The notes under the pieces: generated by a model
The model's input: only the letters and a program-made list of their open reading frames with translations
The model's database searches: none
Told to the model about the DNA's origin: nothing
Position numbers and translations under genes: made by a program
NCBI GenBank assembly: GCA_020891255.1
Contig: BQFW01000003.1
Coordinates: forward strand, 868,001-932,000
From: Entomortierella parvispora E1425
Lineage: Eukaryota > Fungi > Mortierellomycota
DNA: 64,000 nt
Direction: 5' to 3'
Shown here: positions 48,901 to 64,000 of the stretch, piece by piece
Numbering within the stretch: the first letter of the stretch is position 1
How the letters are laid out: each line of letters starts with the position of its first letter

Positions 48901-50011
48901 AGGTAGTCTTGATTTGATCCGTGGGCATATGGTCGATAGCCTGGTTGAGGAGAATTTCATAGGAAAGCTGTGGCAACTGCTTCCCTGTGCTATTCACGTC
49001 TGCCGCGATCTGAAGCATAAACTCCATGGCCTCTTCACTTTGTAAAGATCGACTCATGTGCTGAAACAACGCATTGACGTCGTCGCTTTGGAGATGCGAC
49101 AGAGCACCGGCATTTGTGATCCTGGTATAAATAGCATAGAGTTGGCTGATGGATCCTTTGACAAGCGTTTTCTGACGTAGCTCTGCAATGAGTAATTCCA
49201 TGTCGCTGATAGACACTCTTTGGCCAAGACCTCCCTTTGGAGAAGTAAAAACACGACTTGATCGGGTGGTGTGCAAATATTTCCGGGGCTGTTGATGCAA
49301 GGTCCTTGTTCGCGCCGATCCTCTCGTGATAGAAATGACTCTGGATCGGTCCATGGTATCAAAAGGAGCGTGTTGTTTCCCAGAAGGTGCGGTGGAGTCT
49401 TTGGGTCCGGCATATCCTCGGGGGTACGATCTTTTGCCACGCTGAATGTTGTCAGCTGCCAAAAATGACTGCGATCCAAGCATAGTAGGTTGTGAAAGCG
49501 CCTCCCGCTGTGAACCTTGCAACAAGGTCTTGGCAGGAAATACGGATGCTGCTGTGCCCTCTGTGCAAGCTTGAACGGAGAAGGACCGGTGCGGTGCACA
49601 TTGGCGAGAGCGTCCATGATGCGACTGACTAGACAGAGATGAGTGATGAGAATGCTGGCGGCCACTGGGAAGAAAGAAGGTCGTCGTCTTTTTCGATCCT
49701 GATCCGCAAGATGGACTAAAGAAAACGGTCCATGATGCATCCGTGTGCTGAGAACGGTGTCCAGCTGATGGTGACAATGCTAATGAGGGCCCTGGATGAC
49801 CAGCAGGTTGGGGAAGGCAATCCAAAGTTTCCCGCGTTGTTCGGGCCTGGGTCGTATGACATCTTGAAGATCGACCAAAAGAACCTCGTGGCAAAGATGA
49901 CCGCGTCCGGAATGAACATTTTGAAAGACTACAGAGGCTGTTCTTTGGTCCAGAAGGAATGCCCATGGCCGCCGACAGCACATTGGCTGCACGGCTTGAG
50001 GAGCAGGACAT
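45923..50011 (-). CDS. Mitochondrial pentatricopeptide-repeat protein (CYA5/Pet309-like), single exon, ~1362 aa
   Basis: More than 12 tandem 35-aa PPR units (e.g. TYSAIIDAHSKAGNLREAQRAYQDILAAGLVP). R/S-rich, acid-poor N-terminus consistent with a presequence. Orthology to CYA5 is inferred from memory of the C-terminal WN.Y...L...G motif. Confidence 0.88.
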   Translation of the reverse strand: MSCSSSRAANVLSAAMGIPSGPKNSLCSLSKCSFRTRSSLPRGSFGRSSRCHTTQARTTRETLDCLPQPAGHPGPSLALSPSAGHRSQHTDASWTVFFSPSCGSGSKKTTTFFLPSGRQHSHHSSLSSQSHHGRSRQCAPHRSFSVQACTEGTAASVFPAKTLLQGSQREALSQPTMLGSQSFLAADNIQRGKRSYPRGYAGPKDSTAPSGKQHAPFDTMDRSRVISITRGSARTRTLHQQPRKYLHTTRSSRVFTSPKGGLGQRVSISDMELLIAELRQKTLVKGSISQLYAIYTRITNAGALSHLQSDDVNALFQHMSRSLQSEEAMEFMLQIAADVNSTGKQLPQLSYEILLNQAIDHMPTDQIKTTFWQIQGRRRFITELLQLCDSNVEMKRLLGLYRTLITATYDLDGFSTYYQERKGQTVELARLILQWVQTEGTRVNSKVVEGLFVFLLDRSVLDEVFAAMVRLSKEEGVQFGHIFYTTAIHRFGRAKKFDYMDMTLDLMRRQGLKPLEDTYSAIIDAHSKAGNLREAQRAYQDILAAGLVPTEKTFGPMVEAVGKMGDFEMTKQLVDHMNASGVASNKYTFNALLQSLSENPDRSAELFQEMSKQVQPSTVNYNMLIRSYQQHGDLDGAYNVFRTMIANNVRPDRYTFSSILNLFATRGDADGAEVFWNEMVNVHHVTPNAYAYGSMVHAYCTAEDMIGAQSVYRQMIKAGIMPNQVVFGTLLSAYARSGDLTQMLSIYDAMRAEGLLPNSYIYSNLLYGLVNDGDMAAAKRLFENMEEDGFGDNVLAQTILMKGYLDQGRVKESQEVYMNMVNSGLIPNFETYAVMLHSHVRRGDKKKGRALLNQIMKFQEFAVKENDASSKPDPVDVEDSVLHRAHVGHLSTMGTERKPLKAGSRPNALYAFVPLLDSYAKEGNIMAAKAMFQEIRDRGLEPNTITYTTLMDGYRRAGDVDSVLNIWTELFERHLAQWKEAKKELGSKTLPTKNAMEWVQDRVSTRASKLRQLMQHPISITMDALGYSGQIAKVQSIWKGLEDIGFEFDSANWNDYVIALARNGHIIEACTIFQEKLLPGLKSTQEEESSNNDFSSFKRSPTLHRRQLGPVQGDLERFSDSDNMSTTARVYDSPKSLLYPRPRTMAALADSLEDLLKFKGLELDLQKVDGDLTDPHYDGGAEDPQADSKRAEKRARRRIEVEKLLMPYPRPFENLEEQHRKFIWTTIRFQFPRVLEALKDGMLVAAESVTHLNKHGSTLPIWSASVSAVSDEDATPAVTPASTSSSSSSSKTTPMTTSDTTTTVVSSNAATPEFTGFRPWRNLKAVMKDMERRQFMEERSVTIREREERFDLLRNRKPKPYN

Positions 50012-53000
50012 TCGTGAGGCCAATTGTTCAGCGAGGGTTTACAGTTGTCGGGACCAGCCCTAATGGATATTATTAAACAAATATGAATCAAAGGAATGTT
50101 AGCTACAAGTTTTAATCGGTCATACAGTGGATAGCAAGGTGTTGGGGAGCACGTCGATTGAGGTCAACATGTTATCCTCTGGGAAGTTGACTTTGACCTA
50201 CCGAGAGTTTGCCTGATCGTCTTTTTTATTTCAGGGGCGAGAGGAAGCCCGCGAGAATGAGGGCAATGTCAAGGAAGAAAGAAAGACGTCGACCCGGACA
50301 GATGTGGCGGTGAGGCAGAGAGTGCGAGTCGAGGGAAGGGGAAGGAAGACGATGAATGGGAGTGTGAGCTGGATGCGTCAATGGCAAGAAGGATGATGCA
50401 GTCAATCGCCCGTCGGTCTTTCCTGGCCAGCCCTGTTCCTGTGTGTACAGTAAGTATGTCGGTCGGACCTGGCGCCTTGAGCACCGAGGCGTGTTTGGAC
50501 GGTGGCTTGTCTGTTTTCGGATGGGATGTGCATGGGCGTTAAGGGGTGTCCTGGTTTCGCTTTCTCTTTTCGTACTTCCCGTTTCGGGAAGCACGCGCCT
50601 CGTTGGTGGTTGGTGGCAAAATATCTCTCTCTCTGCTCTTTGTGGCCGCTGATGCTGCATCTGCATCCTGCAGGCCCTGCTTCGGCTGCTGTTCCCGGAT
50701 GGGACTGCATCGGGATGGATCAAAGTGGAGCACAGCTGCCTAGACGTAGCCATGGAGAGGGAATTAGACTATTTACAAACAGCGAGACACCCATGCCTTC
50801 TCGCACGGTCAACCTACCTCTCTCCAGACTATCGTTTGTCTAAAGCGACAAGCGCCATGGTCTTCGCCAAGCAATTTGGCGTTGCAGTCCGAAATCCAAA
50901 GAGTTCAACGTTCACAACGGAAAACGAGGTCCGTTGTCCTTCCAAAGACGGATTCACATCCCGTATTACACTTCTTTGACACCTGTCATCATGATTAACG
51001 AGCACATGTGCTAACTTAAAGCCTTCTGTCCATTGTGTAAAGAGGAGCGAGTACCTTGTCGTCAGGGCTTGACCCTTGATGTAAAGCCAAGCAACAACGA
51101 TTGTGTGTCCATGCGGTGATAAAAATGAAAACGGTGATCGACTGACATGTGGAGCGACGGCTTGTTTCTGGTGTGGAAGCGGAATCATCGGAAATGAACA
51201 AGGGTGTTTGCGGAGGCTGTCCCTTCGTTCCTATTGACAAACAAAGGCATGCGCGCTGAGTAAGTTTAACTCTTGTGCCAGAAACACATGGACCTGACGT
51301 TTGGTGGAACTTACCATCTTTGCAGAGGCACAAGAAAATCAAAAGGGTGTGCTACCATCGGCGTTTCGATCATCTGCAGGTAAGAAAGGGGACGTTTTGC
51401 AGACTGAAGAGAAGCGGGGCAATTGAGGATACGCATTCAGGACAAGTTTTGCTCGAGTCCAGTTTGTGGAGATCGAGAAAGGCGTGCAAGAAGCAAAAAG
51501 GACTTGTGGACCTGATCAAAAAAGGGTGCCCAAGCCCCCACAGGCTTCAAAAAAGCAGCTGGCCTTCGGATCGGGTGAAAAAAAATGAAATTTTCTGGTG
51601 GTCCGTCCGCAAGAGAGAGAGAGCCGCACAGGAACGTTGTTGTTGGGGAGGAAAAACAGTTTACAGTCCGATCAAAGGTAGACGGTCCTCTTTCTCTCGA
51701 GGACATGGAGGGATGAGTGGAGGACCACGATAATTTGAATTGATGCGGTGAGCTGTTCAAAAAATAAAAGAAACGCATTCGAACATGTGGTTGCCAAGAA
51801 ACGGAGATGTGATATCGCGCGTCAGCAATTGGGGACGCGTTGGACCTTCAATGCAAACCAGATACGGCTACGTGTCCAACCTGGAGAAGGAGCAGGACTG
51901 GAGAAAGAAAGGAAGGAGACGAGCGAGTGGAGCGAGAGCAAAAAAAAATAAAGGCACCGAACGAACGAACGCAACCGTAACCTGACCTAAGAAAAGATTT
52001 TTTTTCCTCCCCCAACAACTCGCACGGCATCCAACCTGTCCACACAAAGGCCGGACTATTCTTTTCTTGGGAAATCGTAATGAAGCACGACACTTTAAGG
52101 CAGCAGACAACAAACATCATCATTGCTGGCGCTGCGGTCACTTTCGCATTGATGTCCGAGTTGGTGCAGCTCGTGTGCAAAACACCACCGCTGCATCGGC
52201 ACCGACCTTTCTCATTGGATCGGATCGCCCAGTCAACTCTCTTTTTTTGTTTCGTTCGTTTCATTTTTTCGCTTTCTCTCTTCTTAACTTCGCTCCCCCA
52301 CACATCCACTGCTTCATCACACCCAATTTAGTTGTCAACCACTTGGTCGCCTCACATCGCCATTGAAAGATACCCATCGTCGTTGCTGATTGTGACTGAA
52401 TCTACTGTCTGTCGTGTCCCTTGAGCTGTTGTAGATAGCTCTCCTCCACAGATTTTTCTTATACTAGTTGGTAGCGATAGTTCTTTTTTTCATATATTCT
52501 CTTTCGTGTTTGCTCAGTGAGGACACTCGACAATAGAAACGGCTGCATCAGCAACGAGACCAGGAAGAACAAAGTAAGAGGAGAGCTGATAATCACAAGA
52601 ATGAGGAAAATTGAGCGAGAAGGCTGCCTTTCATTTGAAGACCACAAAGGCGATGATGAAAGGAAAAGGAGGGCAAGGAAGGGAGAACATGGCGGCAGGC
52701 AAGAGAAGAGGAGAGAAGAATCGACCCCCTTCGTCCACATCGAGAAACATCGAAAAAGGGAACCGCTGTCTGTCAGTCTGTGTGGTGGTCTTCTCTTTTG
52801 ACTGTTGATTCACTTCCCACCGTCTGTCTGCGATTCGATCCTTCTCTCCCTCTGCCCCTCCTTCCTTCCCTCCCGCTCTCTTCCTTCCCCCCATCCCCCC
52901 CATCGCCCGCTCCGTCCTTCCCCTCCATCCCTTTCACTGCAAAAGACTGATTCACCTCTGGATTCAGCTTGGCGATCCCTCATCTTCACTCCACCCGCCT

Positions 53001-53092
53001 TGCGATCGGCGCCCCCTAACTGTCTCATTCTCTGCTTTTGCCCCAACAGTTGCTGATCAACTCCCCCAAGCCCTGTGGAGAAACCTAACACC

Positions 53093-56000
53093 ATGGCTTC
53101 CAGCAACAACAACAGTAACAACAACAACAATACCCAACAAGGCAATGAACCAGAGCACATCCCAACCTCAACCCCAGTGGCCGCACCCGTCTTGGAATTG
53201 AAGCCGCTCAAGAACGTCATGCCGATTGTTCCTGCTCAGCAGGTCGATTCCTCTTCATGCCCTGCATCTGGCGAGACTTCTCCAGCTACACCCAGCTCGC
53301 CTGCAGGAGAACATGTGGCCACACACAATCACGTTGTTGACAATGACGAAGCAGGCGTCGAGAACATCACGCAAGTTCATTTGCATTGGCTATTGTTTTT
53401 TGCTTGTTCAATATGCAAAGGAAGGGAGCACGCTATCCCCCAGAAGTCAAAAGGCCGATTTCTAACGGAGGCCGTTATCTATCTTTTTTTTTTTTATCCT
53501 TTGCTGCTCATATGCGTGCGATTTGCTCGGACCTCTGCTCCACTTCTGCGGAGGCCGCATCTTTAGTAAGAAACATGCCGGAAGAATCAGAGAAGATCCC
53601 GTTGGCTTCGTTGTCCAGACAGCTGCGTTTTATCAGGGAACGGTACGTTCACTTCTCACGGAAGTAGTCAAATGAAAACTGCTTGCGTTCATTATGACCG
53701 CCCGCTTTTGTTGGACAAAGGTGTGGAGCAGACAAGCAAAGCAGTGGAGGGGAGAAAACACCACTCGATATTTTCCACACGCTTTGGCCTCTCCACAAAC
53801 GACCGGATCAGGACAACTTCACCCACCCTGACGATACACAAACGCACGCTAGCCACAGCGCTTGGACCTAGTGACATTAAGCACGTTGGACCTCACGGCC
53901 CCTGACGTGCAATGTCCAAGGGCAACGATGACTTTTCAGTGGCTAATAGGGATCTGTTTATTTTCATTGCGACAGGGATGGAGAAGTTATAGCAACTATG
54001 TTGGAACTCGCATCTTTTATGAAGGCTTCTCAGCGACCTTCAAGGAACGCATCCTTGCAAGCGAAAAAGGTAATCCGCTCACATTCATGTGCTTTGCTCT
54101 TGGCTCGTGCATGATTGTGTTTTGAGCATTGAAAACTGACACATTACTTTCGGTACGTGTTTATCCAGTCAATGAATTGGTCAAGACAATGGCCAACAAA
54201 CAGCTGGAAGTATTGATCCGCCAGAGACAGGAGGCTCACGATGCGGAAATGGCTGCAAATGCTGGAAAGAAGAACTACAAACCAAAGGCTCGCCCCATGC
54301 GCCCTGAAGATATTGAGGCTCGCCGCAAGACGCTGGAGGCAGAATTGGTAGCAGTCGCCAAGACCAACATTGACAAGCTCGTTTGCGATATGAACAGCAT
54401 GAAGTTTATCAGGTAAAGCCGCTTGTTCATATCATCATGTCGCTTATTTGTTCTGAGAATTAGGTTCATGTGGCTGAACTAGCAACTTTGATCCGTCGAC
54501 TAGATTTTTTGCCTTCCTTATCAACAATATCCTTGTGAGGATGTACCACCAGGGCATTCACATCAAAGAATCCGAATTCCTGGAGCTGCGTCGTGTAGCC
54601 GAATATTGCGCCGAAAAGAAGTACTCCATGGTGGTCTTGCCATGCCACAAGTCTCACATCGACTACTTGGTCATCTCTTATATTTTCTTCCGCATGGGTC
54701 TCGCTTTGCCCCACATTGCTGCCGGTGATAATCTGGATATGCCTATTGTTGGAAAGGCTTTGAAGGGAGCTGGCGCTTTCTTCATCCGTCGCTCCTGGGC
54801 AGACGATCAGCTGTACACTTCCATCGTCCAAGAATACGTTCAGGAACTCTTGGAAGGAGGATATAACATCGAATGCTTCATTGAGGGAACTCGCAGCAGA
54901 ACCGGAAAGCTTTTGCCACCAAAACTCGGAGGTTTGTGCAAGCTACGCTACAATTATCACTTTTGTGGATTTTCTTTCGTTATGACAAGATTCTAATAGT
55001 TATTATCGTTTTAATTTTGATAGTTCTAAAGATTGTCATGGACGCCATGTTGTCGAACCGAGTTCAGGATTGCTATATCGTTCCTATTTCCATCGGATAC
55101 GACAAGGTTATTGAGACCGAGACGTATATCAACGAGTTGCTTGGAATTCCAAAGGAGAAAGAGAGCCTTTGGGGCGTCATCACCAACTCCAGACTTTTGC
55201 AGCTCAAGATGGGACGAATCGATGTACGTTTCGCAAAACCCTATAGCTTGCGCAACTTTATGAACCAGGAAATCGAGCGTCGAGAGTAAGTGCTCTACCT
55301 CTGTTATTATTTTTTTTTTTTGACTTCCAAGAAAATTTTAGAGCTGACTCAGTGCCTTCTCTCGTCTTTACTTAGGATTGTCAATGAACTCGAAAAGACC
55401 AATAGCGAAGCGAAATCACAGCTCTTGAAGGCTTTGGGTTACAAAGTGCTTGCTGATATTGTAAGTAGAGTATTCAACCTTGATTGTCTACATACGTGTT
55501 CCTCTAAACCCCATTCATTCGAATGGAACCATCTCTAACTTGAATTAACTTCGACTCTATAGAACTCTGTGTCAGTCGTCATGCCCACCGCCTTGGTCGG
55601 CACTGTTATTTTGACCCTTCGAGGCAGAGTACGTCATAATGGATGGTTGAATGGCACCGCTTTCAGCATTGAAGAGGATTTACAAACTAACAGCATACAA
55701 AAATTAATAGGGTGTTGGTCGTAACGAGCTCATTCGTCGCGTTGACTGGCTTAAGCGTGAAATTCTTGCCAAGGGTGGCCGCGTTGCAAACTTCAGCGGT
55801 ATGGAGACCGGAGTTGTTGTCGATAGGTAAGAGATTCTCGGTAATTTGTGATCATGGCAGGCGACTAGTGGGCCGATACTCCGATACTAATCTCATCACT
55901 CACCTTTTGAACAGAGCTTTGGGGGTTCTCAAAGATTTAGTGGCGCTCCAAAAGAATCTGCTTGAGCCTGTCTTCTACGCTGTAAAGCGCTTCGAGCTTT

Positions 56001-57146
56001 CCTTCTACAGAAACCAGCTCATCCACCTCTTTGTTCACGAAGCTATTGTCGCTGTCACCCTGTACACTCGTGTCAAGATTGGAGGCGCAAAGTCTACCCA
56101 GTTTATTAGCCACGATGACTTGCTCCGTGAGGTCACCTTCATGAGTCGGTTGCTCAAGACCGACTTTATCTACAATCCCGGTGACATCCAAAGCAACTTG
56201 GTTCACACTTTGGAGTACCTGAAGGTGCGTTGTAAAAGCTATTGACTGGAGGCTATGAATCGAATACTTTTCAGTTGACTAATCCTAATCCCCGATTTTT
56301 TTTACAATTTCATAGAAAGCAAACGTGATTGAGATTGATAGCGAAGGCAATGTAGGTCTTTCAGACGCAGAGCGTGCCATCGGCAGAGAAAACTATGGTA
56401 AGGACTTGATTTTGGAGTATTTAATTTCCGCTTCAACATCCACAACTATGATGCAAGGAACTCAACGTTGTTTTAATGATATGTAGACTTCTACTGCTTC
56501 CTGTTGTGGCCATTCGTGGAGACCTACTGGCTCGCCGCTGTATCTTTGTATACCCTCATTCCTAATGCCAAGGACCTGCCTTTGCAAGTTGATGCCAATG
56601 GCGAGCCTCAATTGAACTGGATCGAAGAACGCGTCTTTATGGAGAAGACTCAGATGTTCGGAAAGACACTCTACTACCAGGGCGACCTTTCTTACTTTGA
56701 GTCCGTGAACATGGAGACTCTCAAGAACGGCTTCAACCGTCTCTCGGACTATGGCATTTTGATGATCAAAAAGCCCACTAATGCCAAGGAGCGAACCAAG
56801 GTTGCTCTCCACCCCGATTTCATCCCCGTCAGAGGCGCTGATGGCCATGTGATTCCCAATGGCGCCCTTTGGGACATGGTAGAGCACATTGGAACTTTCA
56901 GACGTGAAGGCAAGAATCGTCGTGACAATGCGACGGGTAAGTCACCGTGGACGTGTGATGGTACACCTATACCGTGGTTACTACTTTTTCGATTTTAACA
57001 GCTCAGTGTCCCTATCCTCGTTTCCAATAGTCTCGTCCCGTGTCCTACGCTTTGCAGAGGTTGTTGCAAACTCACCCGCGCCGGTAAAGGTACCTTTGCC
57101 AAACCCGGCACCCAAAAAAATTGGCGATGGAGCACCAAAATTATAA
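53093..57146 (+). CDS. PlsB/GNPAT-family glycerol-3-phosphate or DHAP acyltransferase, multi-exon
   Basis: Catalytic block PCHKSHIDY (HX4D), GAFFIRR and FIEGTRSRTGKLLPPKLG, then PISIGYDK. Ends ...GDGAPKL*. Confidence 0.9.
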
Positions 57147-57657
57147 ACATTCAGCTTGCTCTGCTCGTTTCCTTGGTACTCTGATCAAAACGGACAGACA
57201 GTCCTGTCGTCGCACAACAACATGCATCATTCATTGTTCTCTTTTTTTTTGCACTATTCATGGAATGTCCCAGAGTTTGTGTTTGTGGATTCGACAAAGC
57301 TTTGTTTTTTCTATTTCTCTTTTTTGTTCTCTTTGTTGTTTCTAATGATGGGTAGTCTGTGAGCACTATAAGGAAGGGGCAGAAAGTTGCTGGCTCTGGC
57401 TCTGTACTGTCACTATTGAGATGATGCAGAGGCCGCATCTTCAACGACGATCCCTGAAGTACAACGGAATTGATGGGATTGCTGAATATTGAGGCAGCCG
57501 GCAGCACCAGGGGTAGATCCGCCTCCTCGACCGATTACGATCTTGACCAAACGTTAATTGTTTTGTTTCCTTCGATTTTTTCCTTGTCGCGTTGTGCATA
57601 TTTGTTCCGCATATAATTTAATAGAAGAGAACACTCTCAAGAGCAAGACCATCCTCC

Positions 57658-57885
57658 ATGGCAGGACCTGGAGATAGCACAGATGAAGAGTCTGGTCATA
57701 CGTACCATGATAACGAGATGACAAGAACAGAAGAGCGGGCGAACGCAAGGCGGGAACAAAAGAAATACGCTAAAATCACGTCGACAAGAAGGGCCGTCTT
57801 GACCATGGGACTGACTTTGCTCTCGGTCGTCGCTGTGATGGGTATCGTTGGATGTCAAGCGTCCAAGCTCCTGCGCAGACGTTAG
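57658..57885 (+). CDS. Possible 75-aa tail-anchored membrane microprotein
   Basis: Charged N-half, then AVLTMGLTLLSVVAVMGIVGC and a basic tail (KLLRRR). AT-rich TATA-like stretch ~45 nt upstream. No homology recognised. Confidence 0.4.
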   Translation: MAGPGDSTDEESGHTYHDNEMTRTEERANARREQKKYAKITSTRRAVLTMGLTLLSVVAVMGIVGCQASKLLRRR

Positions 57886-60266
57886 TCTTATTTGATAGGC
57901 TTTGCTCAACACTCTGCCCCACTATTTAGTCCACCAACGTAGACACTCCTCCCCCCTCTCATTTTCATAAACCCATAGATCTCAAACATATCCAAATTCA
58001 ACGTTTACGCGTTTCGGACGTGATTTCTATGTTAGAAACAATATCGGATGTGCATACCATAGCAAGGTGCACAGCCCAAGTTTCCCGCCCAACATTCACC
58101 CATTTTTTTTTTTTTGCTTATGTCACCCTTCGCCCACTTCATTCTCCTGTTCATTCTGCTAGGAAAACCGATCGATCGGGAAGGAACGAAGAGCACACAA
58201 CTCGCCCTCGTCCAGCAAATTAACAAAAAAAAACAATAAACCCCCTCAGCCCAATCCTTGTCATCCCATCGAAAAAAGTGATGCTGTGGGTGTTCCCACT
58301 TCAATTGAACTGTGCAGCTTCAACAAAACATATTGCCCTTTCTTCGCCCTCCTTTCTGAGCTTCAAGTCGGACCCATTGCGTCATGGTTCTTGGGAATGT
58401 TTTGCTTTGCCACCCGAGGCTGCAGCAAAGAGGACTATTGGAATTGACGTTGTCCCTTGCCTTCTTGTTTAGCTATTTTGATCGTTTTGCATGGTTTTCT
58501 GATACGACACACGAACAAACGCACAATAACACGACAACATGAACCCCCTGTGCTCCGATTGATCACAAGTAGGTTCACTCACCACTTCAAGTGATCGTCC
58601 AATGGTCTGGACCTCCTTGAGAATGAAACGATGGCGAAGATCAAGGACTTTGGCGGCACAGAAACAATTCTGGGCGGCACGCATTTGGAGCAAAGCGATC
58701 GGATGGACGAGAGCACGATCTTGTCGATCGCGTGGCGGGGGCGAAACCAAAGGGTCGATTGTGTGCCAAATCGGCGAAACGCCGGATAGATGTTTGTGGG
58801 ACGAGAGAAGCAAGAAGAAAAAAAAAGAGTAGGGAAATGAGGGGGAGGAAATGAGCAAAGGTCGCGTCTTTGTTGACACCAAAGACAACCACGAAATATT
58901 TCTTCCATTCTCGTGTCACGCTTTGCATTGGAACAATCTCCATCATGGTGCAAAAAAGAGAGACAGGTGGAGACAACAGAAGGAAGGAAAACAACACAAT
59001 GCAGAATGACACGCGGCTAGGAGATGCTCCTTTCCGTTTTTCAGTCCTCCACCTCATCGAGCCATTTTGCATCTCTTGTTTGTCCGTTTGGGCACGAGCG
59101 CACTTCGGGCAATTGATCTGGGCGTTTGTTCGGTGATGATTGTCCCTTTGTTTTTTCCAAGGTGGACAGACCGGGATGCAGATCACTTTTCCATCCCCCT
59201 TCACGCCTCGCGCCTCGCGCCTCGACCCTTTTTTTTTTTTTTTTTTTCTCTTCTTTAGCTTTGCTTTTTTTTCGATCCGTGATTGTGGGAGTGACTTCGA
59301 CCAACTGAGCATGATGCTGCAAATGCTCTTGACGCTCCTGTGCTGAAAGCAGACTCGTGTTCTGGATCTTCTCCATCCCGCCCAATTTGTGTGCTAGTTT
59401 AGCGACTGTGTTCAGGACAGCGGGACGTTGTTCTTCGTTTTGGCCGTTTTCTTCACGGAAAGAATGAAAAAAAAAAAAAAAAAAAATAGTCCAGCTTGAC
59501 GACAAGAACCGTCATGGGTTCAGTCTGGCCCCGTTCCGCAATGGCGAGCGATCCGAAAGAAGATGGACCGATATGCCGAACCCACTTACTTAGGCGTTTC
59601 GTCGAGTGAGAGGGATGCAAGTCTGCCCTTGAGTGGGCGCGTAGCAAAGAAAGAGATGAAGTGCTGCAGGCACATTCACACACGCACTCATACACACGCA
59701 CACAGCAGCGCTGGTCGGATGAATGAATGAATGCAAAGAACGACAACACAGGGGAGGTGCAGAGAGAGCGAGAGAGAAAGACTGTACAGGTCATTTGTTC
59801 GCTGCGTCCGTCTTTCTTGGCTACTGCTCAGTTGAATCTCTTTTTCTTCCCCTCCCCCCGCAGATTTCCTTCTTTCCTTCCCTCTCTTTCTCTCTTTCTC
59901 TTTTCTGTCCTTTGTACCTCCCACTCTTCTGTACATCTTCATTCTCACCCACTCATTCATCCCTCGTCTCTCTTTCATGTCCCTTTTGCTTCTCATTCTC
60001 ATCCCCGCTTGATTCTTCCGTCTTCGATCCCGCAATCTCGATAAACGCCACACGCTCAGGACCTCGCGAAAAAAAAAAAGCATAAAAACCCAAACAGAAA
60101 GAAGCGACTTTGTTTTTGAGGACGGTCTAGCTCGATTATCACTCCTACCCTTCGAACGTCCCTATTGTCCCCACATACCTGCACCTGTTCAACTACCGTG
60201 TCTGCCGTCTGCGCGTCATCCTCTGCGGCCCACCCTACCCATCCCAACACATCTTATTATATACCA

Positions 60267-64000
<3,734 letters not shown>

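Noticed and set aside
49732-50076. Protein-looking 114-aa + strand ORF
   Set aside because: Lies antisense to the PPR gene's presequence-like N-terminus, and I recognise no family.
50100-53000. 3-kb gap between the divergent PPR and acyltransferase genes with many short ORFs
   Set aside because: No recognisable domains, RNA-gene signatures or repeats. Consistent with promoters and long 5' leaders.
57900-60260. ORFs upstream of the Zn2Cys6 gene (e.g. 59041-59505 minus)
   Set aside because: Built partly from homopolymer and CT/GA simple sequence, with no supporting motif or coherent exon chain.

Overview
Eukaryotic, intron-containing fungal DNA, not prokaryotic. The short GT-AG introns (typically 80-110 nt), long poly(A/T) tracts, Q-rich proteins and the style of a WD40 relic suggest an early-diverging fungus, probably Mortierellaceae (inference). 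About 14 protein-coding genes can be assembled: a CYSTM-like small protein, an F-box/LRR protein, a ~1825-aa MOV10/SDE3/SAD-3-like RNA-silencing helicase, nucleoporin POM152, leukotriene A4 hydrolase-like aminopeptidase LAP2, PI4-kinase STT4, an S41 (CPAF-like) peptidase, bifunctional aminodeoxychorismate synthase ABZ1, calponin-like SCP1, a DUF1770-like protein, a mitochondrial PPR protein (CYA5/Pet309-like), a PlsB/GNPAT-family acyltransferase, a possible 75-aa membrane microprotein, and a Zn2Cys6 transcription factor running off the right edge. Between them are several gene relics: a WD40 fragment, a decayed repeat-protein gene, a PEPCK C-terminal fragment and a doubly frameshifted membrane-protein gene. 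No rRNA, tRNA, CRISPR array or intact transposon was found. I could not demonstrate a complete new multi-gene system. The best leads are the silencing helicase with huge disordered arms, the fossil repeat gene at 18.3-20.3 kb, Cys-cluster insertions in ABZ1 and the PTS1-like end of the acyltransferase. Exon structures were read by eye and family names come from motif recognition, not database searches.
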